Origin: Candidatus Parcubacteria bacterium | Lineage (GTDB): Bacteria > Patescibacteriota > Minisyncoccia > Phycocordibacterales > UBA2100 | Length of the DNA stretch: 64,000 nucleotides | Direction of reading: 5' to 3' | Assembly: GCA_003599295.1 (NCBI GenBank) | Contig: QZJK01000007.1 | Span: 2,228 to 66,227, forward strand | Shown: piece by piece, positions 28,405-37,326 of the stretch | Layout: each line of letters opens with the position of its first letter | How positions within the stretch are numbered: position 1 is the stretch's first letter | Notes under the pieces: model-generated | Database searches by the model: none | Told to the model about the DNA's origin: nothing | Seen by the model: only the letters and a program-made list of their open reading frames with translations | Program-made: the position numbers and the translations under genes

Positions 28405-30597
28405 ATGCAAAAGAAAGAGTACGCCGTCGAAGTCGGCGGCAAGCAGTTAGTGGCCGAGTTCAACGACTGGGCGGACCAAGCGAACGGTTCAGTGCTTCTC
28501 CGATACGGCAACAGCGCGGTCCTCGCGACTGCCGTTATGGGAAGCAAAGAATCGAATCTCGATTATTTCCCGCTCTCCGTCGAGTACGAGGAAAAATTCT
28601 ATGCCGCCGGCGCGATTTTGGGCTCGCGGTTCATGCGCCGAGAAGGGCGTCCTTCCGACGAAGCCGTGCTTTCCGGCCGCATCGTAGACCGCACCATCCG
28701 CCCGCTCTTCCCGAAAGGATTGAAACGCGACGTGCAGGTCATCATCACCGTGCTTTCTATTGAAGATTACGATACTGATATCCTCGCGGTGAATGCGGCG
28801 TCGCTCGCCATCGCAACTTCGGACATCCCGTGGAACGGCCCCGTTTCCGCAATACGCGTAGGGCTTGAAGAGGGAAATGATTCTCTTATCGTTAATCCTA
28901 CGTACGGCCAGAGACAGGATGAGTTGCCGCCCAAAGCGCGGATGGACCTTACCGTTTCGGGGAAAGACGGCCTCGTCAACATGATAGAAGTGAACGCGCG
29001 CGAAGTGCCGGAGCCGATACTTGAAGCGGCTTTGAAGAGAGCGAGTGAAGAGATAGAAAAGATACAAGCGTGGCAAAAACAGATCGTCGCCGAACATGGA
29101 AAAGCGAAACAGGCGTTCAAAGCTCCGGAGATAACGCCGGAGATCAAGGCTGCGTTCGCAGAGGTAGTAGAACCGAAGCTCCGTGCCCTGAACGGCACCA
29201 TGTCCAAAGAGGCGTTCGGTGAAATGAAATCGGAGTGGGCAACACAGTCGGCCCTGAAATTCCCTGACACCAAGCCGCAGATGCTCGACGGATATTTCGA
29301 ACACCGCATCGACGAGTACGTGCACGACCTTGCCATCAAAGAAAATAAGCGCGTCGACGGGCGAGCGCTCGACGAGATACGGCCGCTCTCGGCTGAGGCC
29401 GGCGGCATTTCTCCTATCATTCACGGAACGGGTCTTTTCTTTCGCGGACAGACGCACGTCTTGGCGGCGCTCACGCTTGGCGGGCCGGGCGATGCCCAAC
29501 TCATAGATACCATTGAATTCCAAGATACGAAGAAGACCTTCATGCTCCACTACAACTTCCCGCCGTTTAGCGTAGGCGAGACCGGGCGCGTCGGCGGATT
29601 TAACCGCCGCATGACGGGACACGGCGCGCTCGCGGAAAAATCGCTCCGCGCAGTACTGCCCTCGAAAGACGTGTTCCCGTATACGATACGCATCGTCTCG
29701 GAATGTCTCGCGTCTAACGGCTCCACATCCATGGCGACCGTGTGTGCTGGAACTATCGCTCTTATGGATGCAGGTGTTCCCATTCAAAGGCCCGTTGCGG
29801 GCATCGCGATGGGTCTCATGTCCGACGGAAAGACATACAAAGTGCTGACCGATATCCAGGGACCTGAAGACCACCATGGAGACATGGATTTCAAAGTCGC
29901 GGGTACAAGCGAAGGAGTCACGGGGGTGCAGATGGATGTGAAAGTCGACGGAATCCCGATACCTGTTCTCGTCGAAGCGTTCGCGCAAGCGAAAAAGGCC
30001 CGGCTACAGATACTCGACGTCATCTTAAAGGCAATTCCTGCGCCCCGCGCCGACATCTCACCGCGTGCGCCGAAGATACTTTCTACAAAAGTGAAGGTAG
30101 ACCAGATCGGGCTTGTCATCGGCCCCGGCGGCAAGACCATTAACGGCATTAGAGAGCGCACCAAGTGCGACGACATTACCATCGAAGAGGACGGCACTGT
30201 CTTCGTCACCGGAAAGAACGGCGCGGCAGAAGCTGCACTCAAGGAGATAGTGGACCTTACGCGCGAATACGTGGCCGGTGAACGCTTTGAGGGTCCGGTC
30301 GTGCGACTTATGGACTTCGGCGCATTCGTGAAGATCGGTCCCAACACGGATGGGCTGGTGCACGTTTCGGAAGTTGCTCCGTTCCGCATAGAAAAAATAT
30401 CCGACGCTGTCTCGCTCGGTGATGTTGTTCCCGTCATCATTAAAGAAATTGATGAGAAAGGACGGTATAATCTTTCCATCAAAGCCGCTGATCCGGAATG
30501 GGCCGGGCGAAAGGGCCTAAAGCCATCTTCTGGCGGTGGAGGAAACCACGATGACAGACGAAACAACAGGGGGGAACACGGGCGCCGCAGGATCTAA
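28405..30597 (+). CDS. pnp: polynucleotide phosphorylase
   Basis: 730 aa with two RNase PH domains, KH and S1 domains and a basic C-terminal tail. Confidence 0.9.
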   Translation: MQKKEYAVEVGGKQLVAEFNDWADQANGSVLLRYGNSAVLATAVMGSKESNLDYFPLSVEYEEKFYAAGAILGSRFMRREGRPSDEAVLSGRIVDRTIRPLFPKGLKRDVQVIITVLSIEDYDTDILAVNAASLAIATSDIPWNGPVSAIRVGLEEGNDSLIVNPTYGQRQDELPPKARMDLTVSGKDGLVNMIEVNAREVPEPILEAALKRASEEIEKIQAWQKQIVAEHGKAKQAFKAPEITPEIKAAFAEVVEPKLRALNGTMSKEAFGEMKSEWATQSALKFPDTKPQMLDGYFEHRIDEYVHDLAIKENKRVDGRALDEIRPLSAEAGGISPIIHGTGLFFRGQTHVLAALTLGGPGDAQLIDTIEFQDTKKTFMLHYNFPPFSVGETGRVGGFNRRMTGHGALAEKSLRAVLPSKDVFPYTIRIVSECLASNGSTSMATVCAGTIALMDAGVPIQRPVAGIAMGLMSDGKTYKVLTDIQGPEDHHGDMDFKVAGTSEGVTGVQMDVKVDGIPIPVLVEAFAQAKKARLQILDVILKAIPAPRADISPRAPKILSTKVKVDQIGLVIGPGGKTINGIRERTKCDDITIEEDGTVFVTGKNGAAEAALKEIVDLTREYVAGERFEGPVVRLMDFGAFVKIGPNTDGLVHVSEVAPFRIEKISDAVSLGDVVPVIIKEIDEKGRYNLSIKAADPEWAGRKGLKPSSGGGGNHDDRRNNRGEHGRRRI

Positions 30598-32275
30598 TCC
30601 GGCGGCATCTCCTGCGCCGGAGAATAAAGACCTTGAAGAGGCGCGTATCATCGAAGAAGTAATAGTCCGTCCTGCGGCCGCTCCGGAGACGAAGAAAAAC
30701 ATCCCGGATGCCGCAGGCGTTCCTTTGGCGCCGACATCGCCGACGCCTCCTCCGAAACCGACCCCTGTAGAAGCACCTCGACCTCTGGCCGCGTCGATAC
30801 CTCCTCCCGCGGCACCACTTCCACCGAAACCGCCACCGCCCGCACCGCGAAGGCTCTCAAGCTCCGCGCTCTCGGCGGGCATGATGGGTATGCAGCCGCC
30901 GATGCCGCCAGAGGTGCCGCGCCCTCCTCAGAACGCGGCTCCTGTAGTACCGCCATCAATCGTGACCTCTGCTGCCGTTCAAACTCCTGCTCCGGTCATT
31001 GAGACCAAACCGGCACCACCTCCACCGAATGTTCCTCCTCTCAGTGCACCCGCGCCAACACCTGCACCAGCACCCGCGATGCCCATCATCGAACCCGTTC
31101 CTCTTTCAACAGAAAAACCAGCGGCGCCAAAAGAGGATGTTCAGAAAATACTTGGGGGTATTAAACTTCCGGAACGCCCGGTCGTTCCCGATAAGAAAGT
31201 GGAGCCGGAGAACAAAACTGCATATGACACATCGCTTGCTTCCCCGTTCGCACCTGCTCCGAACACGGCACAGATAAATCTATCGAATGAAGCCATCCCG
31301 AAGGGCGTACCTTCAGGAATGACTGCATCTACTTCCGAAGCTCCTGCAAAGGGTGTGGCGCAGAAAACGTTTGAGAGCGCCGCGTCTATCGTGGCGCCGC
31401 TCCGCACGCTCAAGAACGATTTTCAGGATATCGTCCGTGATAAAAAAATGTCGCTGGTGCGCGCCGCAGCACTTGAGCAAGAGAAACGCCGGCCGGACCG
31501 GATGAGCCAACTCGACGCATCGAACGCGGGCAAGCGCAGGACCGTAAAGATCGTCCTTGCCGTGATATTTCTTGCCGTGCTCGGCAGTGCCGCCCTGTTC
31601 GGAGTTGCCGTCGTAATGCAAGACAGGAGTGCCGGGGCGACGACTCCCGCGGACACTTCGCTCTTGTTTGCCGAATCAACCGTTCCCTTGGTGCTTGAGA
31701 ATCTTTCGTCATACGACTTGAAAGGGCTTCTCGCGCAAGCGCGGCTCGGAGGAAGCGGAACACTCGGCTCCATCACGCGCATTCTCCCGGTCATACCGAC
31801 GGTCATAGAAGAAGAGGCGAGTCCCGATACGCCACTTGAGAGGCCCGCGACGCTCGAGGAGTTCCTACGGGCCATAAACGCTCGTGTCTCGCCGGACCTT
31901 CTGCGCGCGCTCGACACCGAATTTTTCTTCGGACTGCACACGGTTGACGAGAACGCGCCGCTTTTCGTCATACCCGTTCTCTCCTACGAGCGCGCATTCG
32001 CCGGCATACTCGAATGGGAGGAGACTATGAACGCCGACCTCGCGCCTGCGTTCACGACCGTGCCAGACACGAGGCTCGGCGCGGACGGACTCCTCGAAAA
32101 ACGCGCGTTCGAGGATCTCATCATGAGGAATTACGATGTGCGCGCGCTCAAAGACGATGCGGGTGTCGTCCAGCTCTACTATTCGTTCCCCACGAGAGGA
32201 TTCCTCATCATTGCGGAAAGCCCGCATTCGTTCGCCGAGATACTTTCGCGCCTGCGCGCAGAGCGGAAGCTCTAA
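30551..32275 (+). CDS. hypothetical proline-rich membrane protein
   Basis: The start was chosen after the GGAGGA RBS. It has a long Pro/Ala-rich N-terminus, one TM helix and a conserved-looking C-terminal domain. Confidence 0.45.
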   Translation: MTDETTGGNTGAAGSNPAASPAPENKDLEEARIIEEVIVRPAAAPETKKNIPDAAGVPLAPTSPTPPPKPTPVEAPRPLAASIPPPAAPLPPKPPPPAPRRLSSSALSAGMMGMQPPMPPEVPRPPQNAAPVVPPSIVTSAAVQTPAPVIETKPAPPPPNVPPLSAPAPTPAPAPAMPIIEPVPLSTEKPAAPKEDVQKILGGIKLPERPVVPDKKVEPENKTAYDTSLASPFAPAPNTAQINLSNEAIPKGVPSGMTASTSEAPAKGVAQKTFESAASIVAPLRTLKNDFQDIVRDKKMSLVRAAALEQEKRRPDRMSQLDASNAGKRRTVKIVLAVIFLAVLGSAALFGVAVVMQDRSAGATTPADTSLLFAESTVPLVLENLSSYDLKGLLAQARLGGSGTLGSITRILPVIPTVIEEEASPDTPLERPATLEEFLRAINARVSPDLLRALDTEFFFGLHTVDENAPLFVIPVLSYERAFAGILEWEETMNADLAPAFTTVPDTRLGADGLLEKRAFEDLIMRNYDVRALKDDAGVVQLYYSFPTRGFLIIAESPHSFAEILSRLRAERKL

Positions 32276-32319
32276 CGCCCGTTTGCGCACTTCGTTTTTA
32301 CCGGTATCATGCTCCTGTT

Positions 32320-32682
32320 ATGAAGCATTTGAGCAAGGCACAACTGGAACAACTGCGGGCGGCGCTTGACGCCGAGCAGGTGGATATCGAAGAGCAGCTT
32401 GCGGAACACGGAAAGAAGGTTGGCGGTAATTGGCAAGGGACGCCTGCCGGTTTCGAGACCGAGACTGACTCTGACCCAGAGGATGTCGCCGACCGAATGG
32501 AAGAACTCACGACCAACGTGCCGCTTGTCGAAGAACTCGAGTCGCGCCTCAAAGATGTCAAAGATGCCATTAAGAAAATGGACAAGAAACAGTACGGCAT
32601 CTGTGAAAAGACGGGGCAGGAAATACCGTTCGATAGATTAGAGGCGAACCCTGCAGCGCGAACTATCATCGAAGCGGATTAA
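32320..32682 (+). CDS. DksA/TraR-family C4 zinc-finger protein
   Basis: A coiled-coil N-terminus and a C-terminal GICEKTGQEIPFDRLEANPAARTC zinc finger. The start is at the internal ATG at 32320. Confidence 0.65.
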   Translation: MKHLSKAQLEQLRAALDAEQVDIEEQLAEHGKKVGGNWQGTPAGFETETDSDPEDVADRMEELTTNVPLVEELESRLKDVKDAIKKMDKKQYGICEKTGQEIPFDRLEANPAARTIIEAD

Positions 32683-32762
32683 TTCCGTCTACTGTTCGAC
32701 TGTGACGCGGGTGTATTCCCGCTTTTTCTTTTTGCCGCACGAAAGCGGGATACAATAACTGT

Positions 32763-34310
32763 GTGGCAACGAAGCAAAAAATCGCGTCCGGTTTCAACAG
32801 AGTGTTCGGTGCACAACCCGCGCTTCCAAAAGGTGTTGTTGTTTCAGTCGAATGCGATATTGCGAAAGGATTGCACGCATTCACCATTGTCGGTCTTCCC
32901 GATAAAGCGGTTGAGGAAGCAAAAGACCGCATCGCTGCGGCGATAAAAAATACGGAGGGCCTAGAATCGCCGAAGAAAAGCAACAAGAAGATAGTGCTCT
33001 CGCTCGCTCCCGCCGCACTCAAGAAAGAGGGTGCGGTATTCGATCTCCCGCTCGCGCTCTCGTTCCTCCTTGCGTCGGAACAAGCGATGTTCGACCCGAA
33101 AGGAAAGCTCTTCGCGGGCGAACTTGCCCTGAACGGCGACGTGCGCGGCATATTGGGAGCGCTTTCGATAGCGCTTGCCGCGCGCGACGGCGGATTCACT
33201 GACCTGTATCTTCCTGAAGAGAACGTGGCGGAAGCATCCCTTGTTCCCGAACTGCGTGTTCATGGCGTCGCCTCGCTCGAAGACGCACTTTCCGAACTGA
33301 AAAAACCTTCCGAACGCAAACGGGCGAAACAAAATACTCGAATGATGCAGGGCGAAGACGATTTCGCGCTCGACGAGATACGAGGACAAGAATCGGCGAA
33401 GCGCGGACTCATCATCGCGGCCGCAGGCGCGCACAACGTTGCGCTCTACGGCCCGCCCGGAACGGGAAAGACTTTGCTCGCACGCGCGACCGCCTCTATC
33501 CTTCCCGACCTTTCCGAAGAAGACATACTTGAGGTCACGACCATTCACTCGCTGGCCGGGACGCTCCACGGAGGAGCGATGTTCAGGCCACCGTTCCGCT
33601 CGCCGCATCACACATCTTCTTATGCGTCCCTTATTGGCGGCGGCTCCGCATCACCGCGCCCCGGCGAGGCGACGCTCGCGCATCGCGGTGTTCTTTTCGC
33701 GGACGAGTTTCCCGAATTTCATCGGGATGTAGTGAATGCGCTTCGCGAACCACTCGAAGACCGTGTCGTGTCCATATCGCGCTCGAAAGGTTCTGCGATA
33801 TTTCCCGCGAATTTCATGCTTATCGCCGCACTGAATCCATGCCCCTGTGGATTTTGGGGGAGCGCTCGATGCGAGTGTATGCCGCACCTCGTCGAAAAAT
33901 ATCGCCGAAAGATCTCGGGGCCCGTCGCGGACAGAATAGATCTCTGGGTGTCCGTTCCCGAGATGCCGCCGGAATCAATGCGGACGAGCTTAAAAAAGAA
34001 AAGTGGCGAGACAGAATCAGCGAGAAAGACAATCGCGGCCGCGCGGAACACGCAACGCGAACGATTCAAGAACACAAAAGGCGTTTCAACGAACGCGGAC
34101 ATGCGGCCGAAACATATCGAGCTGTACGCGAATATCTCATCAAAAGCGGAAGATGCACTCGTTTCCGCCGCGCGTGCAATGAAACTATCGCCGCGCGGCT
34201 ACCATCGGACGATAAAAATTGCACGCACCATCGCGGACCTGGCTGGTAGCAATGTAATCGAACCGCCCCATATGTTGGAAGCGTTACAATACCGGGCGCG
34301 TGAACTCTGA
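32763..34310 (+). CDS. comM: YifB/ComM family Mg-chelatase-like AAA+ ATPase
   Basis: An N-terminal ChlI/ComM domain (GLPDKAVEEAKDRI), Walker A GPPGTGKT and a C-terminal Mg_chelatase_C region. Confidence 0.85.
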   Translation: MATKQKIASGFNRVFGAQPALPKGVVVSVECDIAKGLHAFTIVGLPDKAVEEAKDRIAAAIKNTEGLESPKKSNKKIVLSLAPAALKKEGAVFDLPLALSFLLASEQAMFDPKGKLFAGELALNGDVRGILGALSIALAARDGGFTDLYLPEENVAEASLVPELRVHGVASLEDALSELKKPSERKRAKQNTRMMQGEDDFALDEIRGQESAKRGLIIAAAGAHNVALYGPPGTGKTLLARATASILPDLSEEDILEVTTIHSLAGTLHGGAMFRPPFRSPHHTSSYASLIGGGSASPRPGEATLAHRGVLFADEFPEFHRDVVNALREPLEDRVVSISRSKGSAIFPANFMLIAALNPCPCGFWGSARCECMPHLVEKYRRKISGPVADRIDLWVSVPEMPPESMRTSLKKKSGETESARKTIAAARNTQRERFKNTKGVSTNADMRPKHIELYANISSKAEDALVSAARAMKLSPRGYHRTIKIARTIADLAGSNVIEPPHMLEALQYRAREL

Positions 34311-34352
34311 ATACTCTTTTTCCTGACATAGATGAAAGAAGTGGCCGGAGCA

Positions 34353-34377
34353 AAGCTCCGGCCACTGAATGAAATCG
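34353..34377. terminator. perfect hairpin GTGGCCGGAGC-AAA-GCTCCGGCCAC
   Basis: An 11-bp GC-rich stem lies between comM and the convergent small gene. Confidence 0.45.
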
Positions 34378-34398
34378 CTCAATGCGATTGGGGGACGT

Positions 34399-34762
34399 TT
34401 ACCGCGCCAGCGGGTCAGGCCGCTGATCTTCGACAGCGGGAGACGCGCGAACCGGCTGGTCCGCCTGCTCGACGCCGACGCCGTTCTCGCCCGCCTTCTG
34501 CGCCTCGATTGACTCGACCGTCCGGTCGATCTGGTCGGTCGCCGTGACCACATCGTCGTGACCCACGCCAGTCTCAGCGAGCTCGTTCTTGAGGTTGGTG
34601 AACACGCTGATGACATCGCCGCGGGCGGCGGGCGGCACGTGCACGTTCTCGTAGCTCTTCGCGAGGAGGAAGGCGGCATAGGCCGCGCCCGGCTTCGCGC
34701 AGTTGATGGTCGGCAAGGTGGCGATTAGGCCCTCGTGCGCCTTACGTTCGGCCGTTTTCATC
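34399..34762 (-). CDS. hypothetical small protein in an atypically GC-rich patch
   Basis: About 120 aa starting MKTAERKAHEGL. No recognisable domain. Local GC is visibly higher than the surroundings. Confidence 0.3.
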
Positions 34763-34836
34763 TGGTCTGTTCCTCTTGTGCATGCTGCCACGGGATTGCG
34801 GCAGTCGCGAAACCGTACCACTCTACGAATAGTGGG

Positions 34837-35844
34837 TCAAATCCGATTTTTCGACTCCGAGAAAAACACGTGCGGGCGGGTGATGCCGAGTGTGCGCAAG
34901 CGCTTCACCACGAACTCCCGCATCGCTTTCTCGCTTTTGAATTTCCGTACGCTTCCTTTGTCGATGACCGCCCACTGCCCAATCGCGCGGAGCACGTCTA
35001 CTTTGTTGAACACGATATGTGTGACGCCGTTCATGCGGATGGCGCGCTCGAGGTTTTGCATATTCATCCAGTTCGTCTGCCGGCGGCGGCCTGTCGTCGA
35101 GCCGTATTCCTCTCCAATCTCCGCGATTTTATTGAACACTTCTCCTTTCGGCTGGAATTTTTTTGCTCCGACGTACGTTTCGTATATCTTCGCAACGCCC
35201 CACACGTCCCGGACCACGCTCGGCGGAAGGCCGTTCAGAAGCGCGCCCGCAGTCGTGCAGTGTGATGACGTGACGAACGGGTAGTCGCCCCAATCGATGT
35301 CGAGCCCGAAACCCTGCGCTCCTTCGGCAAGAATGTGGACAGGCTTTCCCGAATACCATTCTTTGTAAAGGTCTATGAGATACGGCCGAAGTCTCGGCAC
35401 GCTGTTCGCGCGCGTTCCCGTACGGCCGTACTTGTCGCGATAGGCGGGACCGTTCCCGCGGCCGGTCGTGCCTATTTTTCCGCCGCGCTTCCTGTCTTCC
35501 GCCTTATTTGCCGGCGTGATGACGTGCGTGTTCTCTGCGATGAATATCTTGCCTTTGGTGCGAACTCCGCCTTTTTCAAGCATTTTGATTTCGCGGAAGA
35601 ATTGGTCGGGGTCAAGCACGCATCCGCTTCCGATAATGCTCTTTATACCGAAAAACACCCCTGCCGGGATGTGATGAGTGATGAATTTTTTGCCCCTATG
35701 AAAGATGGTATGCCCCGCGTTGCAGCCGCCGTTATAGCGGAGTACGTGGGTATAGGAGTGTTTGTGGCTTAAGTAGTGGGCGACCTTGCCCTTGCCGCAA
35801 TCCCCGTACTGGAGATCGACAATTACGTCAGCCGTGAGTGACAT
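34837..35844 (-). CDS. purA: adenylosuccinate synthetase (short, archaeal-like form)
   Basis: DLQYGDCGKGKV P-loop and the GTP-binding NGGCNAGHT motif. At 335 aa it is shorter than the roughly 430 aa bacterial form. Confidence 0.75.
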   Translation of the reverse strand: MSLTADVIVDLQYGDCGKGKVAHYLSHKHSYTHVLRYNGGCNAGHTIFHRGKKFITHHIPAGVFFGIKSIIGSGCVLDPDQFFREIKMLEKGGVRTKGKIFIAENTHVITPANKAEDRKRGGKIGTTGRGNGPAYRDKYGRTGTRANSVPRLRPYLIDLYKEWYSGKPVHILAEGAQGFGLDIDWGDYPFVTSSHCTTAGALLNGLPPSVVRDVWGVAKIYETYVGAKKFQPKGEVFNKIAEIGEEYGSTTGRRRQTNWMNMQNLERAIRMNGVTHIVFNKVDVLRAIGQWAVIDKGSVRKFKSEKAMREFVVKRLRTLGITRPHVFFSESKNRI

Positions 35845-35972
35845 GACTGACCCATGCTACTCCGAAAAATCCTCGAATGCAAATTTTTCAATCCGCGCGA
35901 AAACACTGGTCTTTAGAGAAAGATGCGGATGATGCTGAAAAACGACTCTAAGAGATTCTTATACATACGAAA

Positions 35973-37010
35973 TTAGAACGGGTTGCGGGGGCCGTTGCGT
36001 ATCTCGAAGTGAACGTGCGCACCCGTCGAGCGGCCGGTTGAACCGACGTACCCGATGACTTGTCCCTGCACGACTCGCTGGCCGACGGAGACGACGTTGG
36101 CCGAATTGTGCGCGTAGAGCGTTTGTGTACCGTTATCATGGCTGATAACGACGTAGGTGCCATAGCCTCCGTTCCAGCCTGAACTGCGCGCAACGATGAC
36201 GTCGCCCGCGGCTGCAGCCATGATGGGGGTGCCGATAGGCGCTGCAAGATCGACGCCGTTGTACCCGTGAATCCCCTGCGTTTTCACGCCGCCTGTAATA
36301 GGCCGCATGAAAAATCCGGCATACGAAGGCGATGCACCTGAAGAAGATGGGCGCGGAGCAGGCGTCGCGACAGCAATTGCGATCTCCCCGTTGGGGATGA
36401 TGAGCTCTGTTCCAAGAGCAAGCGCGCTTCCTTTCTCTATGCCGTTGTACTGCGCTATCTCGTCAGCGTCTCCGTGCAAGTCTTTTGCGATGGAGGCGAG
36501 CGTGTCACCCTTCTTGACCTTGTATTTAACCCCCGTGACAGGAAGTATCGTCAGGGTCTGCCCGACACGTATCGTTGATGAGCGTGAAAGGTCGTTTGCC
36601 CATCGGATGGTGTTGACTGTTACCTCGAACATTTCTGCTATTTCCGAAAGAGTGTCGCCCTCTCGCACAACGTAGAGGCTGATGGTGTTATTTTTCGGCT
36701 TTTCAATATCTGCGATGGTTCCGGAGGGACCTTCTTCGGGGAGAAGCGCAGAGTTGTCGACTATGGTGATGTCGCCGCCACCGCGCCCGGGTGCAGGCGA
36801 AATATTCATGGCAGGACGCAAGAGCGCCATGGTCTGGAGATTGCTCGAAGAAGATTGCCCACCCGCGGCCTTACTTGAAGCGAACAAGTCTCCCAAAAAA
36901 CCGGCCCGCGCAGCGGCGGGCACCAGTGAACCGACAAGGAGGAGGAGAGAAATAAGGGAGATAGCCGCTCGAGCGGACCGAAGGGGACTATGTGCTTTTC
37001 CTGAGCCCAA
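35973..37010 (-). CDS. LysM-domain M23 family metallopeptidase
   Basis: A signal peptide, two LysM repeats and a C-terminal M23 catalytic motif HVHFEIR. The start is TTG at 37010. Confidence 0.8.
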   Translation of the reverse strand: MGSGKAHSPLRSARAAISLISLLLLVGSLVPAAARAGFLGDLFASSKAAGGQSSSSNLQTMALLRPAMNISPAPGRGGGDITIVDNSALLPEEGPSGTIADIEKPKNNTISLYVVREGDTLSEIAEMFEVTVNTIRWANDLSRSSTIRVGQTLTILPVTGVKYKVKKGDTLASIAKDLHGDADEIAQYNGIEKGSALALGTELIIPNGEIAIAVATPAPRPSSSGASPSYAGFFMRPITGGVKTQGIHGYNGVDLAAPIGTPIMAAAAGDVIVARSSGWNGGYGTYVVISHDNGTQTLYAHNSANVVSVGQRVVQGQVIGYVGSTGRSTGAHVHFEIRNGPRNPF

Positions 37011-37326
37011 AAGACCCTTGAAAAGTTCCTGAATATGACGATATATAAGCCTTTTTCAGGCCTTTCCCTATGGCTATATCCGGAAACGCGAACAAGCACG
37101 TCGCGCACGCCCTCCGTATATTGCCAAGTGTTAAAGCCTTTTTCTTGACGGAAGCTCAGAGAATCAGGAAAATCTGGCTCTAAACCTCGCTTTTTGCCCT
37201 GTCGCTTTGTTATGAGCTTGGGGGGAGGACCAGATCGGATAAGCAACCATGCCACCGTCCCCTTCACCCTACCCTCATGGGTCTCCACCGTCAATCCATC
37301 TTTGATAGGAGAGGGGGATAACGGTC

